A DNA stretch of 64,000 nt, from NCBI GenBank assembly GCA_973895155.1, contig OZ316895.1, positions 12,655,929 to 12,719,928 of the forward strand. The letters are read 5' to 3'. Source of the DNA: Marsupella aquatica. Lineage: Eukaryota > Plantae > Marchantiophyta. The translations under genes were made by a program, and so were the position numbers. The notes under the pieces are model-generated. The model saw only the letters and a program-made list of their open reading frames with translations. It made no database searches and was not told the DNA's origin. Of this stretch, positions 38,801 through 51,300 are shown piece after piece (the first letter of the stretch is position 1; each line of letters opens with the position of its first letter).

Positions 38801-39599
38801 CCTAACCAGTTAGTTTGTGGTAGATGAGTGTCCTTCCAGGAGACTAGTCAGGGGCTTAGAGTGGTGGACCAGGGATTGCTGTCCTCACCGGGTGGCACTC
38901 CTTGTCGACGACCTCGTATTGTTAGGTCTAGAATCAATGCACCGTGCGTCCCTACAGAAATCAATAATCTGATGCTCACACAGATCACCAGGATGGGAGG
39001 TCATATACCTGAAAAGGGTGCGACCACAAGTGGCCTTGTCAAACAGCCAACCATTCCCTCCGTCCTTTTTGTCGTTCCCTCTTTGGGGATCCGGTGGATG
39101 TAAGTCTTTTCGTTCTCTTCATTTCTCTGATTCCATTTTAATTGCCATTGCTTATCTGCAGGTGGCTAAACGTGCAGAAGAAGCTGGCAAATGTTGCAGA
39201 AGAAAGGCCTGTGTAAGTGAAATAACCCATGCTATTCACACGGACTCCTGAAACTTTCTGTTCATGGTATTAGTGTGAGCCTTATTGGATCTGCAGGTGA
39301 CCCGTTTGCATTGTGACTTTAAGACAACGTAATTCTGTGAACCAGCTAACCCTCTCAATTGTTTACTCAGCCTTCAGTGCAGAGAGCTGAAAGTTCATGG
39401 ATGTGTGTTTCCGTCCCATATTCCATGAAAACTTACTGATTTTGTCACTGGCTGCTTCAGATACATTTCCTTAAGATTAGATGGGCGGGTGCGAGGGAGT
39501 GGAGTAGGTTATCCTCCATGGGAAAAATTTGCTGTTCAGCTACCTCCAATGACGGGGATGTGGAAGGGACCGCTAGATGGTTTGGATGGCCGAATATAG
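35801..39599 (+). CDS. LOW PSII ACCUMULATION 1-like protein (DUF3493, At4g28740-type without TPR); exons 35801-36264, 37830-38429, 39162-39212, 39461-39599
   Basis: DTKIRSEVISPFRSVRMFFYLAFIASGSLG, LRGIARIVVISG, LLDRGVLVVP and VYISLRLDGRVRGSGVGYPPW...LPPMTGMWKGPLDGLDGRI*; Ser-rich transit-peptide-like exon 1; all introns GT-AG, phase 2. Confidence 0.9.
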
Positions 39600-39974
39600 A
39601 GCATGCTCCAGTTTGTTTAATGCATCGATTATTAAGTTGGGGACAGCTACATCATGTGGAAAGGGCAGGAGCTCTATCCATCTATCTACTTAACTAGTAA
39701 ACGAAAGTCCTGTGGAAGAAAGATTAGTACTAGTAAAGAAGATTTTTACTGGCGGCCTGCATTTCTCATGCAATGGGAAGGAAGAACGGTGAACAAATTT
39801 ACTGGAAAAGAGGGTCAACAAAGTACAAGAAGGAAAAGAGAAATCAGTGCAGAGAAATATTGTCTCTGTGTGTATTTGCGTTCGTGGGTGTTCATGCCTG
39901 GTTTGTCGAGCACCTTGTTGGGGATATGGTCTTGTCAACCATCTGTTGAGAATGTTCATAAATGTTCGAATATG

Positions 39975-40180
39975 AGTGAGTCAGCCACTGAGACGACCAA
40001 ATACAGAGTGAGAAAGCTTTTCACGGTGGTGAATCGGCCATTAGATGACCAAATACAGAGTGAATAGCTTTTCAGGGAGGTGAGTCAGCCATTTAGATGA
40101 CCAAATGCAGAGTCAGATAGCTTTTCTAGAGGTGAATCACCCAATTAGATGACCAAATACAAGGGAGATAGCTTTTCAGC
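39975..40180. repeat. Tandem repeat of about 52-55 bp, four copies
   Basis: tga(g/a)tc(a/g)gcca(t/c)t(a)ga(t/c)gaccaaat(a/g)cagagt...agcttttc repeated. Confidence 0.9.
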
Positions 40181-40464
40181 CTCAGGTGCGGACATGATAT
40201 AGTTGGTGGAACTCTTTTTTGTCCCTTTCAAAGTGCAAATGGCTATCGACTAAGTTTGTAACACTTGCCTGCATAGCACAGACTGTCTTTACAGCACACG
40301 AACCACCATCATCCCAATTGCAAAGTATGTCGCCGCCGAGCTCCCCATCTGATTTCCCCATCTGAGTCATAGCCTTAACATGCTAAACCTTTCCTTGTAA
40401 CTCCCATTTCTGAACAGGTTTTCCAGCTTCCATCTCAACCTTGACTTTTAAGGATAAACACAGT

Positions 40465-41005
40465 TATCAACTTTGACCAGTGGGCCATAATAGTACCATC
40501 ACCCTTTTCTTCCCCAAAGCAAAACCTGGTGGATCTGGGTTACCAAAACAATTCAATAATGTTTTAAACAAGTGAAAAGAATAGATTGCAATGTTTTGTT
40601 TTCAAAGCAAAACCAGGTGGGTCCAGGTTACCAAAACAATTCAATAATGTTCTAATAAAAATAATTAAAATGCAATGTTTTGTCCTCCTGGAACCTGGGG
40701 TATAGTGGTGGGTTAAGGAAACCCACAATGATCAACTTTGACCACCAGGCCATAATAGTACCATCATCAGTTCAGAGGAGGGCCAACTTATAGTACCATC
40801 ACCCATTTCTTTAAATCCCCCACTAGCCATGTAAAGAGGGGAAGTGTTCAAGGCTTCTCCTTATTTCACTTTCCTCTCATTCTTCTCCTCTCCCCTTCCA
40901 TATTGTTCCACAAATTCAGGAAATGATACTATTCATGGCTAGTGGTGGTTTAAGTAAAACCATAATGATCAACTTTTACCACCGGGCCATAATAGTACCA
41001 TCAGT
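40465..41005. repeat. Dispersed short repeats (atcaactttgaccaccaggccataatagtaccatca x3; aaagcaaaacc..gtgg..ccaggttaccaaaacaattcaataatgtt x2)
   Basis: Direct copies near 40466, 40731, 40968 and near 40516, 40604. Confidence 0.75.
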
Positions 41006-42480
41006 ATTAGGCCAACTAAGATAGGATTAGCTTGAGGGTAGCCTCTTTGTTGACAGTTTGCCAAGGCCCTGCCTCACTAAAAGCTGGTGATAATTTGCCA
41101 AAAAATAAAAACACTGATATGTGGCCTGGGACTATGGAAGAGTATACCCCGCAATCCACAATTTCGTTGCATCATTTGACCATACCCTCTTTAAACAAAG
41201 AGATCTGTAGACACCAAACCTCTGAGGCCAGATACTACGCTGGCTACCAGCCCATGGATTCATGTAGGGCATGAATGATCTTGTATCACACTGGTAATTG
41301 GTTTTACCATCAAAGCTATTTTTTTGCTTACATTGCAGGTGGTCTTTTAAATTTTCTCAGACAAAAATGTTTTAGAGTCTACTTTTCCCACTATTTTGGT
41401 CACACCCAATTCCAAACATGTGTTGGTGGCCTATTTCAACAAAACCCACGTGTTGGGGCTTTCAAAGCCAAAAAGGTTGGCAGTCTACTTTTTCCACTAG
41501 TTTTGCTCACACCTAACCCAAACATGTGTTAATGGCCTATTACAACAAAACTTATGCTGTGGGGCTTTCAAACTGTCCTGTCTGGCATTTAATTTACTCC
41601 CCATTTCCCAAGACTGCTTGCATAAATTTACTCACCATTCCCAAGATGGCTTGCATAACTGTCCAGCCCACGTTTCTAGACATTGTGAATAAGTTAAAAT
41701 AGGCATGCACAAAACAAAATTTTAGGATTTTGCACTTAAAAAGTTAGCATTTAGCGAATGATTCCAAGCCTGTTTGCACTTAGGAAAGGTGCATAAATGT
41801 GGGAACTCCATGTACTATGAAAGGGAAGAACAGAATGACTTGCACTAAACCAGTTTTTGCCTATCCCTTCCTTTTACTAATACCCTGTTGGTAATCACAT
41901 CAAAATGTGGCTGCATTCATTGATTCAAAGAAAAAAACTAGTATTATCATGGTATGCAGGGGTGCCATACATAGTATATGTCATATTTACTAATACAGTA
42001 CCATTGTCCCATCTCCATAATTATGCCCAGGACCTGCATCAAACATTAATTGTTTTCAAATTATTAAAATAACTCAAGGCCCCAAATCTTGCTCTCCCGT
42101 TTTCATTTTTTGTTTTCAAAAAACAATGCATATACTGAGAAGTCAGTGTTTACACCAGGATGCTAACAATGCTCTAATAATTCTTTATTTATTGTGCAAA
42201 CCCATATGATACTACGTGGTGTTACTGTGTTGTTCTGTCTTTGACATCCTACAATAACGTCCCATGAAGGCAGACCGTAAGCCCACATCCTACCTCTGTC
42301 ACCTTCTAGCCAAACCTATGTTGATAGTGGTTGCTGAAATTTTCATTATTCTAGGTATTCTAGCTGAGACCTGGCTCCCTTTGGTGGGATCGGGGGTGGG
42401 ATCCTCTGTGAGATAGGCCTTCCTCACTTGGCCCTCAGTTTATCAGCAGCATTCTGAATCCTTTCATTCATTATATAAGA

Positions 42481-43019
42481 CGAGCCCTATGCCAGTGCTT
42501 TGCACTGTGCAAGGAGGGCTGGGGCATTTATGGAGCAAATCAAGAACAAATGCCCGCGTCGCTGCAGCAGGGCCGGAGTCATGTGGAGACGTGGAGTGGA
42601 GGGGCCAGGCTGGACCTGCTTGGCTGCTTCCTGCCATAATGTCAATGCATTGGGAGTCATTGCTGTCGGGATGGAGGAATCGGTGGGAAGCTGGGAGCAT
42701 TTGCGAGGGAGGGAGAATGAATAATTAAGGTCAAGGGGGGAGGCATAATGAATGCACGGAGTGGAGGTTACGACACGAGGCCAGTATTGAAGATCATATT
42801 GTTGGGCGTGGAACACGCCCTGGATGGAGACGGAGAGGAGGGGCCGACGTGAGGTGATTCAAGATGGTATTATTGGGCGTGGGAGCCCTGGCAAGTGAAT
42901 CGGACAGATACTAAAAATCTGATGCCTATATCTAAAGGTCAGTTTTGATTCCTGCTGAAATTGAAATTTGTAACGGGACAAAGGACAAAATTGGCGGCAT
43001 TGCCTATTATAGTGTTAGA
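42481..43019 (-). mobile_element. Non-autonomous Helitron, copy 3 (longest)
   Basis: Minus strand A|TCTAACACTATAATAGGCAAT ... CAGTGCAAAGCACTG GCATAGGGCTCG|T; perfect 6-bp hairpin stem CAGTGC/GCACTG; AT target. Confidence 0.8.
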
Positions 43020-44614
43020 TTTCATCCTCCGGCTCAGTCATGGTTTTCTGTTCTGGACTCCAATTGGGTTTGTTCTCCCTGGTGTACAGGATAATATCGA
43101 GGGTGGCTATAGTTCTGCACTTACATATTGATCTAGGTGGCAGGATGGGAATCATTCTCCCCATCCGTTCCTAGTATCTGCTTGCATTAATATTTCTCCA
43201 CAGTGATGACCCAAATGAATTACATTTGGGATTGGTAGCTTTTCACCATCTGTCGTGTGGGTATGATATTATGATGGATGACTGCACTTTTCTGGCATTC
43301 TCCGGATTCAGATCAGCTCGCAATTGGGGATTATGAGTTGCGGAAGGTATGGTGGCGTGTCGCTACTCTGGAGAAGGATGGGATCTTTATCGAGTGGTGG
43401 CCAGTGGAGGGTGGAGTTCGGCTTTGTCCCTGTTGAGCCTTGGGCGGTCTTCCGGCTCTAGTTGCAGTTTATGGTAGTTCTCAGGGATTTGATTGTTATT
43501 AGTTATTAGGCTCGTGCCTTAAGATTATTGGGGGCTCCTCTTTCCTATTCTGATCGACCTGCTTCCAATAGGCGATCTGGTTGGAGGATGCCCTTCCTAT
43601 TTTCTATGGGTGTGCTCCTTCCTGCAGCACCCTTAATTTCTCTTGTTCTAACCTGCCTCCTCCTCCCAGGTAGGTGCCCTTGTCCCTTTGGTTTTTTGGA
43701 ACAAAGGTTTGAAAAAAAAATTGCCCAGAGGAAAAAAGAAGAGCAAAAAGGCTGGGTCAGCTTCTCAGGCAACTACTAAATGTACCTTAAGTCTCTGAGT
43801 TTAGTATATGAGGAAGGTTCTGGAATGAGATTGGGAAGGATTTAAATTATGAAGCTGCAAAACGGTGAATCCAACTTTCATATTTTGTCTTATTAAGATT
43901 TTGTGTCCAGTGATTTCATTTTAATGCGCCTTAACAAGGTGAATTATTTCTATTAAATTGATTTTGAATTAACTTTTGGACCCCTTTTAATTTTAGTGAA
44001 CTTAGAGAAATTTGTATGTATTTGGCTCCCCTCATAAATGTTAAATCTTTCATTTTGAATCACTCCTTAGTGAATTCTCTTTTTTCTCATGAGAGTGGAT
44101 GAAATGAATCTTGACAATGTGCACATCTGGTGTACTAAGTTCCCGTCGTGGTTTACTTTACAAAATTTATGGTTTTAGTTGAGTTGACTGTCATTACTAG
44201 AAAATCTGTACTGTAAGTGCACAACTCTTTTCTTTGCATGTGTAGTTAATTATGGTTTTGTGTGTTATGTCACTCACTCTTAATCAATAGATATTAATTT
44301 CTTGGCATATACTTTACATGTACCTACTTCTTTTATCATAAAATAAATTAAGTGAATTACATATCACTACAAGACAAAAACAAGGCATGTTTAGGGATGA
44401 ACATGCTATATGAGGAAGGTTATGGAATGAGATTATTTTGTCCAATCAGAATCAATAGATTTGCAAATTTTGATTAGCCTTCTTGTTCGTGTACTACTTG
44501 GTGCTGAGAAGCTTAGGCATCCTAGGCATTCAGCCTTAGGTATCCTCAATCTGCACGCAAATCAGATTTATCATCTAAAATAACTCTTTGTAAGAATTTA
44601 TGATCAAAATACTA

Positions 44615-44985
44615 CACTGTTCACCTTAATTAGTGTGACTAACACTAATTCAAGATCATCCATTTTCAGGGTCTACTCACAAATTAGTGTTAGTCACACT
44701 AGTTTTGTGCTAACACTATTTTTGCACACATGAATTAGTATTAGTGTTACTGTGGTCTTAAAAGTGAGAAAATAGAGAGAGAAAAAATTATATTGAAAAA
44801 TACACAACAAGTAGTGTTACTTTAGATTCAAGATAGTCCATTTTTTTACAAGCAATTTAAACTGAAGTGAAAAAAATGTTTTGAAAACAAGCAATAAATA
44901 CTGTTACTTGGACTCACTCATTTTTACAAATTAGTGTTAGTAACACTTTTTTTCATACTAGCACTAATTAATTAAGGTGAAAGTG
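44615..44985. mobile_element. AT-rich MITE-like element with CACT...AGTG termini and internal (t)aacacta/tagtgtta repeats
   Basis: cactgttcaccttaattagtg at 44615 versus cactaattaattaaggtgaaagtg ending at 44985; TSD not evident. Confidence 0.55.
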
Positions 44986-45119
44986 GAGGTACTCAGGGCA
45001 CACAAAAATGATCTGATCATGTTGTGAGGTACCAATACTTGTAGCTTGGGCCTACGTGTTGCATTTGCCTCGAGCAACGGGATAGGACTACTGATGCTGC
45101 AGCAGCTATGCCTTGCAGC

Positions 45120-45277
45120 GCTTCTCTACTTCTGATGACACAGGTGTGAGGAGCTGGTTCCTCCTCTTGAAGGGATGACGAGGAATGAGTAGCGCACGAG
45201 GCCAGAAAACGAAACGAGAGAAAGGAGACCATACACTTCTGAGACACAGATGATCAAAGGCCATGGCTGCCACTCTC
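45120..45277 (+). repeat. 158-bp direct repeat, copy 1 (5' leader plus first codons of the SEP-like gene); copy 2 at 47285-47442
   Basis: gcttctcta(c/g)ttctgatgaca...gagacacagatgatcaaaggccatggct(gc/at)cactctc occurs at both positions with scattered substitutions. Confidence 0.95.
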
Positions 45278-47285
45278 GCAAGTCTTCCATTGGCATGAGC
45301 CTCACAGATGCCCTCGACCAGCTCGTCACCAACAGCACCATCTCGCCTCTCCTCGCTGTCAAAGTGCTGATGCAATTTGATAAGGTAGGTCGGTGGTCCG
45401 CCCGGCAAGCCACTCTCTGTCTCGCTCTCCCTTCTTCGTTCTCCTTCATAGTGCACATGACCTCATATTTTTCTTCCTGCTCAGCCGATGCGCATTGAAT
45501 AGGGCGGATGTGAAGTGTACAAGCTTGTTGGCAGCAACCCACCAGATTACGTTCATGCTACGATTTCAGTTTGATCAGTACCTCCTATAACATTGAGAAG
45601 GCGAAATTGAGGTGTGCTGTTGGTCATTTGGTCCGTGTAGATCGCTCTTCGCCTATCCGGCAATCTGCATTCTTGCTAGTGTTACGCCGCACGATCGCCG
45701 TGTGAGCATCGCCGCATAATTCCGCTCCTGCGATTTGTGTGACACAATTTATTCTGTCGCGAGGCCGGTGTCAAGAGTAGATGGCCGAGAGCATATCACG
45801 GTAATTATCTACCAGGAAGGCCTGAAGATGACGTTGATCCTCAAGAACACTGATGATACAATGACCGTGGAAGGGTGTGCACATTTCACTAGTCTGACGA
45901 TGTACTTCAGAATCTCAAAATCCTCGTGCCAGCTCTATGTGGGAAACGAATTGTAGCTTCTTTACTTATCGTAATCGTATCAGTCAGATCCATCCACAGA
46001 AAATTGCCTGATATTCGTTTCTTTTTGCCTACCGAGGAATGGTGGTGAGGTCTGTCGATGATCACCCAGATTCCTTGGACTAGATTATCCACCATATTGC
46101 ATCTGCCTGTTCTGTATCCAGTGCCTAGATAAAGTTGCTCTCGTCTTCAAGCGTTAGAGAAGTAGAAAGGAACCTTAGCAGTTTAGGTTGTATTTAGAAT
46201 CTCTGGCCGTGTCGCATACGCTGAAGAATTTTAGAGTTCCTGAACTAGTGTCCCTATCCAAAACATGGATCTTCTTTTGTTTAGCTGAATCACATGTATT
46301 TTCGCCTGTTAGTGTTTCAATGAAGATCGCCTACTTTGGGACTTCAGACTATAAGTTACAACACTTGCTTGTGTTTGTCTTTAGGACCTTTGTTTAACCT
46401 ATTGTGGAGAATCCGGAGTAACAGCAGTCCGTCACAAATGTTTTATATACTTTTCTGGTTTTGTTTAGGAGTCCCACTCCAGACTAAAAATTACAACTCG
46501 AGCTATTTGTTTGACTTTAGGATTGTTGTTTACAGTATTGTGGAGACTCCGGAATATCAGCAGTGAGTCACAATTGCCTTATATACTTTTCTAGTTTTGT
46601 TTGGAGTCCTGTAAAAGCTTGCTGATGGCCTCTTCACATTTTCGTCTGCAGTCTATGAATGATGCGCTATCGCAGAAGGTGACGACGAAGACAAATTTCA
46701 AGGTGAGAGACGTCTGTACTTTTCTTGTCCAGAATCCAGGCGATATTTCCACATACCCACTTCTATGTAAATCCAAGGTTTATATGAATAGCTTAATTTT
46801 ACTTGTTTCATGAATGGATTCTATCCCGAAACGATGCAAGACCCAAACCGTGAAAATGTAAAAGATTACCTTGTCGAGTAAACCCAACTAGTTGAATGCC
46901 TCATTGTTAAGTTGATTCGATTCTTTGTACAACTTGATCTGCTAAATGGTACAATTCTGTGAGACAGCTGGAGATCCTAAGAGCGAGAATTGAAGCCTTT
47001 CATGAGTAGAGGATGCACGATGTAGCTTTGATCAGTCTCCCAGATCTAATCAAAATCTTTTGGTTAGGACTGAAAATAGCTTTAGTGCTTCTCCAGCGTT
47101 GCCATTATCATCGACCCACCGATCGATAGAAGGGATGAATGTTGTTCCTTCCGTGAGAGGTTGGGGGTATTCTCCCTTCATGACAGTGCCCCGTTCCAAT
47201 TTGGAAGGGTCTGGAAGATCAGGAGAGGAAGCTAACGTCAAGCTTGCATTTTTTATCAGACCTTAGTATGCTCCCTCGCGCATGG
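45277..47285 (+). pseudogene. Partial genomic duplicate of TFIIA-gamma (most of exon 1, intron 1, exon 2 at 46652-46702, part of intron 2; no exon 3)
   Basis: Colinear and highly similar to 59931-62042 including introns; encodes [36 protein letters not shown] and [17 protein letters not shown]. Confidence 0.95.
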
Positions 47286-47427
47286 CTTCTCTAGTTCTGA
47301 TGACAGAGGTGCGAGGAGCTGGTTCCTTCTCTTGAAGGGATGACGACGAATGAGTAGCGGACGAGGCCAGGAAACGAAACGAGAGAAAGGAGACCATACA
47401 GTTCCCAGACACAGATGATCAAAGGCC

Positions 47428-48075
47428 ATGGCTATCACTCTCATCCAAAATCAGCTCTGTCTCTGCAACTCCAATAGCCAATCTCGTCCTGATTCTGCTC
47501 TTGCAAAATCAGTAACACCGTTCTTTGAATTACCCACCTCTTCTTCTTCTCCTGTCCCGTTGCTGCAAGGAGTGCTGTTTGGAGCTGCTCACTCTTCGGC
47601 GATTCATCCGATTCGGATTTCTAAGGCCGTGAGCTCGGTAGAGAAGCCGTCTCGTTGGCCACGGTCTCGTCATGACGACACCAGCATCATCGCAAATGTC
47701 CCAAGAAGTGGCGCCCCAATGCTCGTTGGGAGGAGGGGACGTTGTAGCAAGATGGAAGGAGTCGGATGGGTTCAAGGGGAAGTGGACAGTTCAAGAAGAG
47801 TGACCATGACTAAAGCCACTGGTAGTAACAAGGTCGTAATAATGGTGGATCCAGTGGAGGCCAAGCGACTTGCTGCTGCAGAGATGAAGGCAATTCAAGC
47901 TCGTGCCAAACTGAAGAGGCAAACGGAGATCGAAGCTATCAATGGTGGCTGGGCCATCATTGGGCTCACAGTAGGGATCATCATTGATGGTTACACTGGG
48001 AAAAGCATCCTTCTTCAGATTGCAGGTTATCTTGATTCAGTTGCTGATTTCTTGACACCACTCACATCCTCATGA
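47428..48075 (+). CDS. Intronless LHC-like stress-enhanced protein (At4g28025/SEP5-like)
   Basis: 215-aa ORF with Ser/Pro-rich transit-peptide-like N-terminus and C-terminal MVDPVEAKRLAA...EIEAINGGWAIIGLTVGIIIDGYTGKSILLQI, an LHC-motif variant (ExxNGxxAxxG). Confidence 0.8.
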   Translation: MAITLIQNQLCLCNSNSQSRPDSALAKSVTPFFELPTSSSSPVPLLQGVLFGAAHSSAIHPIRISKAVSSVEKPSRWPRSRHDDTSIIANVPRSGAPMLVGRRGRCSKMEGVGWVQGEVDSSRRVTMTKATGSNKVVIMVDPVEAKRLAAAEMKAIQARAKLKRQTEIEAINGGWAIIGLTVGIIIDGYTGKSILLQIAGYLDSVADFLTPLTSS

Positions 48076-48196
48076 GAACACGAATGCAACAAATAGCATC
48101 TAACCTCTCCATTCGTTTTCTCCGATACCTTTCATTTTCATTTATGTGAAGTAATTGTAGAGGACATTATTTTATCAAGGGTTTGTTTTCTGCAAA

Positions 48197-48227
<31 letters not shown>

Positions 48228-48336
48228 GCGCTTTGCCAAACATTTATCCGTGTTAAATGGTTACTATCTTCCCCTAAAATAGAACGATTGGATGCTATCT
48301 GGAGATGAAGCAAATAGGCTTCTACATATTAGAAAT

Positions 48337-51300
48337 TGTTAGAATCTACCTTTGACCGGACGACCGGACCAGCCGGTCACCCTGGTCCCACTATATGTAC
48401 TCCTATTCCCGACTATATACAGGTTCATTCCATTCTATTCTCACACGTTATCAGCACGAGGTCTCAGCCAGCGGAACCGAAAAGAAGAAAGAGAAGACCA
48501 TGGAGAATTGAATTTTTTTTTTAAAATGCCAAATGGAAGATAAAGCGTGATAAGAGATGGAGCACACGGGTCTCGTTTTTCCTTAGGAAAGCGAACCAAA
48601 GGAAGAGCGAATAAGAACTTTTCGAAAACAGAAAGGAACCTGGAAAACTTCGATCTGGCCTCAGACGATCAAGAGAAGAAGGTCGAAAGCAGCAAATGTG
48701 ATATAGAAACGAGAGATTGAGGCGCAATCTGAAATTACCATGATTTGAAGGCCGAGCCATGACGGAACGATCTCATAAGGACATCGAAGATCACTTAAGG
48801 AGGCAGAAGAGCAGAGCCTAGACATACACGGCAGCCCACCACGAAATCTAAATAGAGACGAAAAGCAGACCCGGGGAGATTCCCATAAGAAACGACAAAG
48901 GGCAATCGGGAAGAACCCTCAAACACTATAATGATATGAAGAAGGCCACAAGTAAAAAGGAGATTTGAAGGTCACACGAAGAGGCGTGAAGGGGGCCACC
49001 AAGAGGTGTCAAATTGAGCAACATTGCAAGGAAGGATGACGAGGGAAAACCGATAAGCAAACCTCCCTCCTTGACTGCACAGTTTTTACAAAGTCATTTC
49101 CTGCACAGCAAGCAATCCATGCACTTAACCAAATAAGAGCACATAACCGAAAAACCTCCAGAACTGCACACCGTAACAAAGAAAATTAACTTTACAAAGA
49201 CACATGTGCACTTAACCAGGGCACGACTAAACAATCACCCATAAATGCAACCCTAAGTGCACAACTGGATAACTGCACAGTTTCACAAAGGAAATAGTGA
49301 TTACAAAGGAAACCTTGCAGTTATACATTTACAAAGAAACCCAACTTAATAAGTGTAAACCCTAAATTCTGCAAAAACCCAAACATTCTCGCTTTACTCG
49401 CCCACGAATTAGATAGCCCTCCTCAACCCTTTCTCCACCATTGCATGCGGCAAATGTGCATTGTCTTTTGACTATATATATTATATATAAACACGCACAC
49501 CACCGCTGCACGCCAGGACCTTAGAGATGACCAACCTTGAGAAACTCACCTTCCCCGCCCTAGAAATAGATGGCGGCAACTACCTAGAATGGTCCATGAA
49601 CCGAAAAGAAAACCTAACCTCGCTAACCCTACTCCTTGCGATAGGGCTCGCTCAACCCATCCTTGCCGGCGAACCACAACCAGACCCATTAAGTAAAGCC
49701 AACGAATCTAAGGCTCTAGTATTCCTGAGACGCCATATCCATAGATTCCTACAAAGACAATACATGCACCTCTCAACCCCCCGTGAACTTTGGACAGCGC
49801 TCCAAACCCGATTCGACCACCAAAAACTGGTCGAACTGCCTAAAGCCAGGCAAGACTGGCTAAACCTATGAGTCCAGGACTTTACCTCTATTTCAGCCTA
49901 CAATAGCGAACTCTTTAGAATAACCTCAACTCTCGCACTATGTGGCGAGCCGGTCACAGACAAGGATCTGCTAGAGAAGACCTTGTCGACATTTCATTCA
50001 TCGAATGTGTGGCTATCAACATAGTATCGAAACATGAAGTTCGGGCAATACTCCGAGCTCATAGCCCACCTCCTAGTCACCGAAAGAAACCAAGAACTTC
50101 TTTTCATAAACTCTAGAAAACGACCTGCGGGCACAATGCCCTCAGGACAACAGAATGAAATCCATAACATAGAAAATGATGAACCCTCCACATCGAGGCA
50201 AGGCATTAAACGCACTAAGAATAGCAATCGGAGAAACACCCACAACAGGGGGAGTTTCTATAACCAACGTCCACAATATAACTCCCAACGAACTTTTTGA
50301 GGACGTGGAGGACGAGGAGGACGAGGAGGACGAGGAGGACGAGGAGGACGAGGAGGACGAGGCGGACGTAGCGGACGCGGAGGACGCGGCGGTGGAAGAA
50401 CATATAACAACAACCGCCGAAATGATTGGTCACAATCCCGACCACAACGGGAACGCCCAAAATGCCATGCATGTGGCATGACCAACCACCTAGCCAGAAA
50501 CTGTAGAATCCCGCAACACCTTAAAGAGCTATATCAACGATCCCTCAGGGACGGACAAACCTCTAGGGCACCACCCCGTGAAACCCACGGGGCGTTTATG
50601 GAGTCTAGCGACCCATTCCGAGACTTTACAGATCTACCTGCCCAACCCAAGACACACTTAGTGGCAAGTAGCCCCACTACACCAGATTTAAATAGTCCAA
50701 GCACATGTATTATTGACAGTGCGACCACGCATACTATCCTCCGGGATAGGCACCTTTTCCACATGATTACACCCTCACGTAGGCCCCTGACCACTATCAA
50801 TGGTCCTAGCCAAATAGAAGAGGGCTTCGGCCCAACTTCTATTAGACTCCCGTAGGGTGCCGAAATACACATAGAATTTGCCATTTTCGCCCCAAACGCA
50901 ACTTGTAATCTCCTCAGTTTCAGAGATATACGAGCAAATGTACTACACGTCCAAACAGGCGATACAAGAGACCAAGAGGTCATCCACTTGGTTGAAAATA
51001 CCCCTACGGGGAAAATCATTAAAGAAACCTTTTTCTCGTATCCTTGCGGGTTTTATGTAACTCATATAGAATGCCTGCATAACAATGCCAACACAAGTGA
51101 ATTGCATGCGCTCTGGCATGCACGCCTCGGCCACCCCGGCCAATCAATGCTAACCAAAATAACTAAGAATTCAAGTGGCATTCCAATCAATACACGCCAC
51201 ATTCAAGCTAGCACCTCATGCACTGCATGCTCACGTGGCAAATTAATAACAAGGCCCACGGCATCAAAATTGTCAACCAACATACCCAAATTCTTGGAAA

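Noticed and set aside
48197-48227. Poly-C/poly-A run as a retrocopy tail for the SEP-like gene
   Set aside because: The A run is short, follows a long C homopolymer and has no matching TSD; more likely a simple repeat.
50176-50485. Poly-acidic (EDEED) and PRP-repeat ORFs
   Set aside because: Alternative frames of the 9-bp RGG-coding repeat in copia gag.
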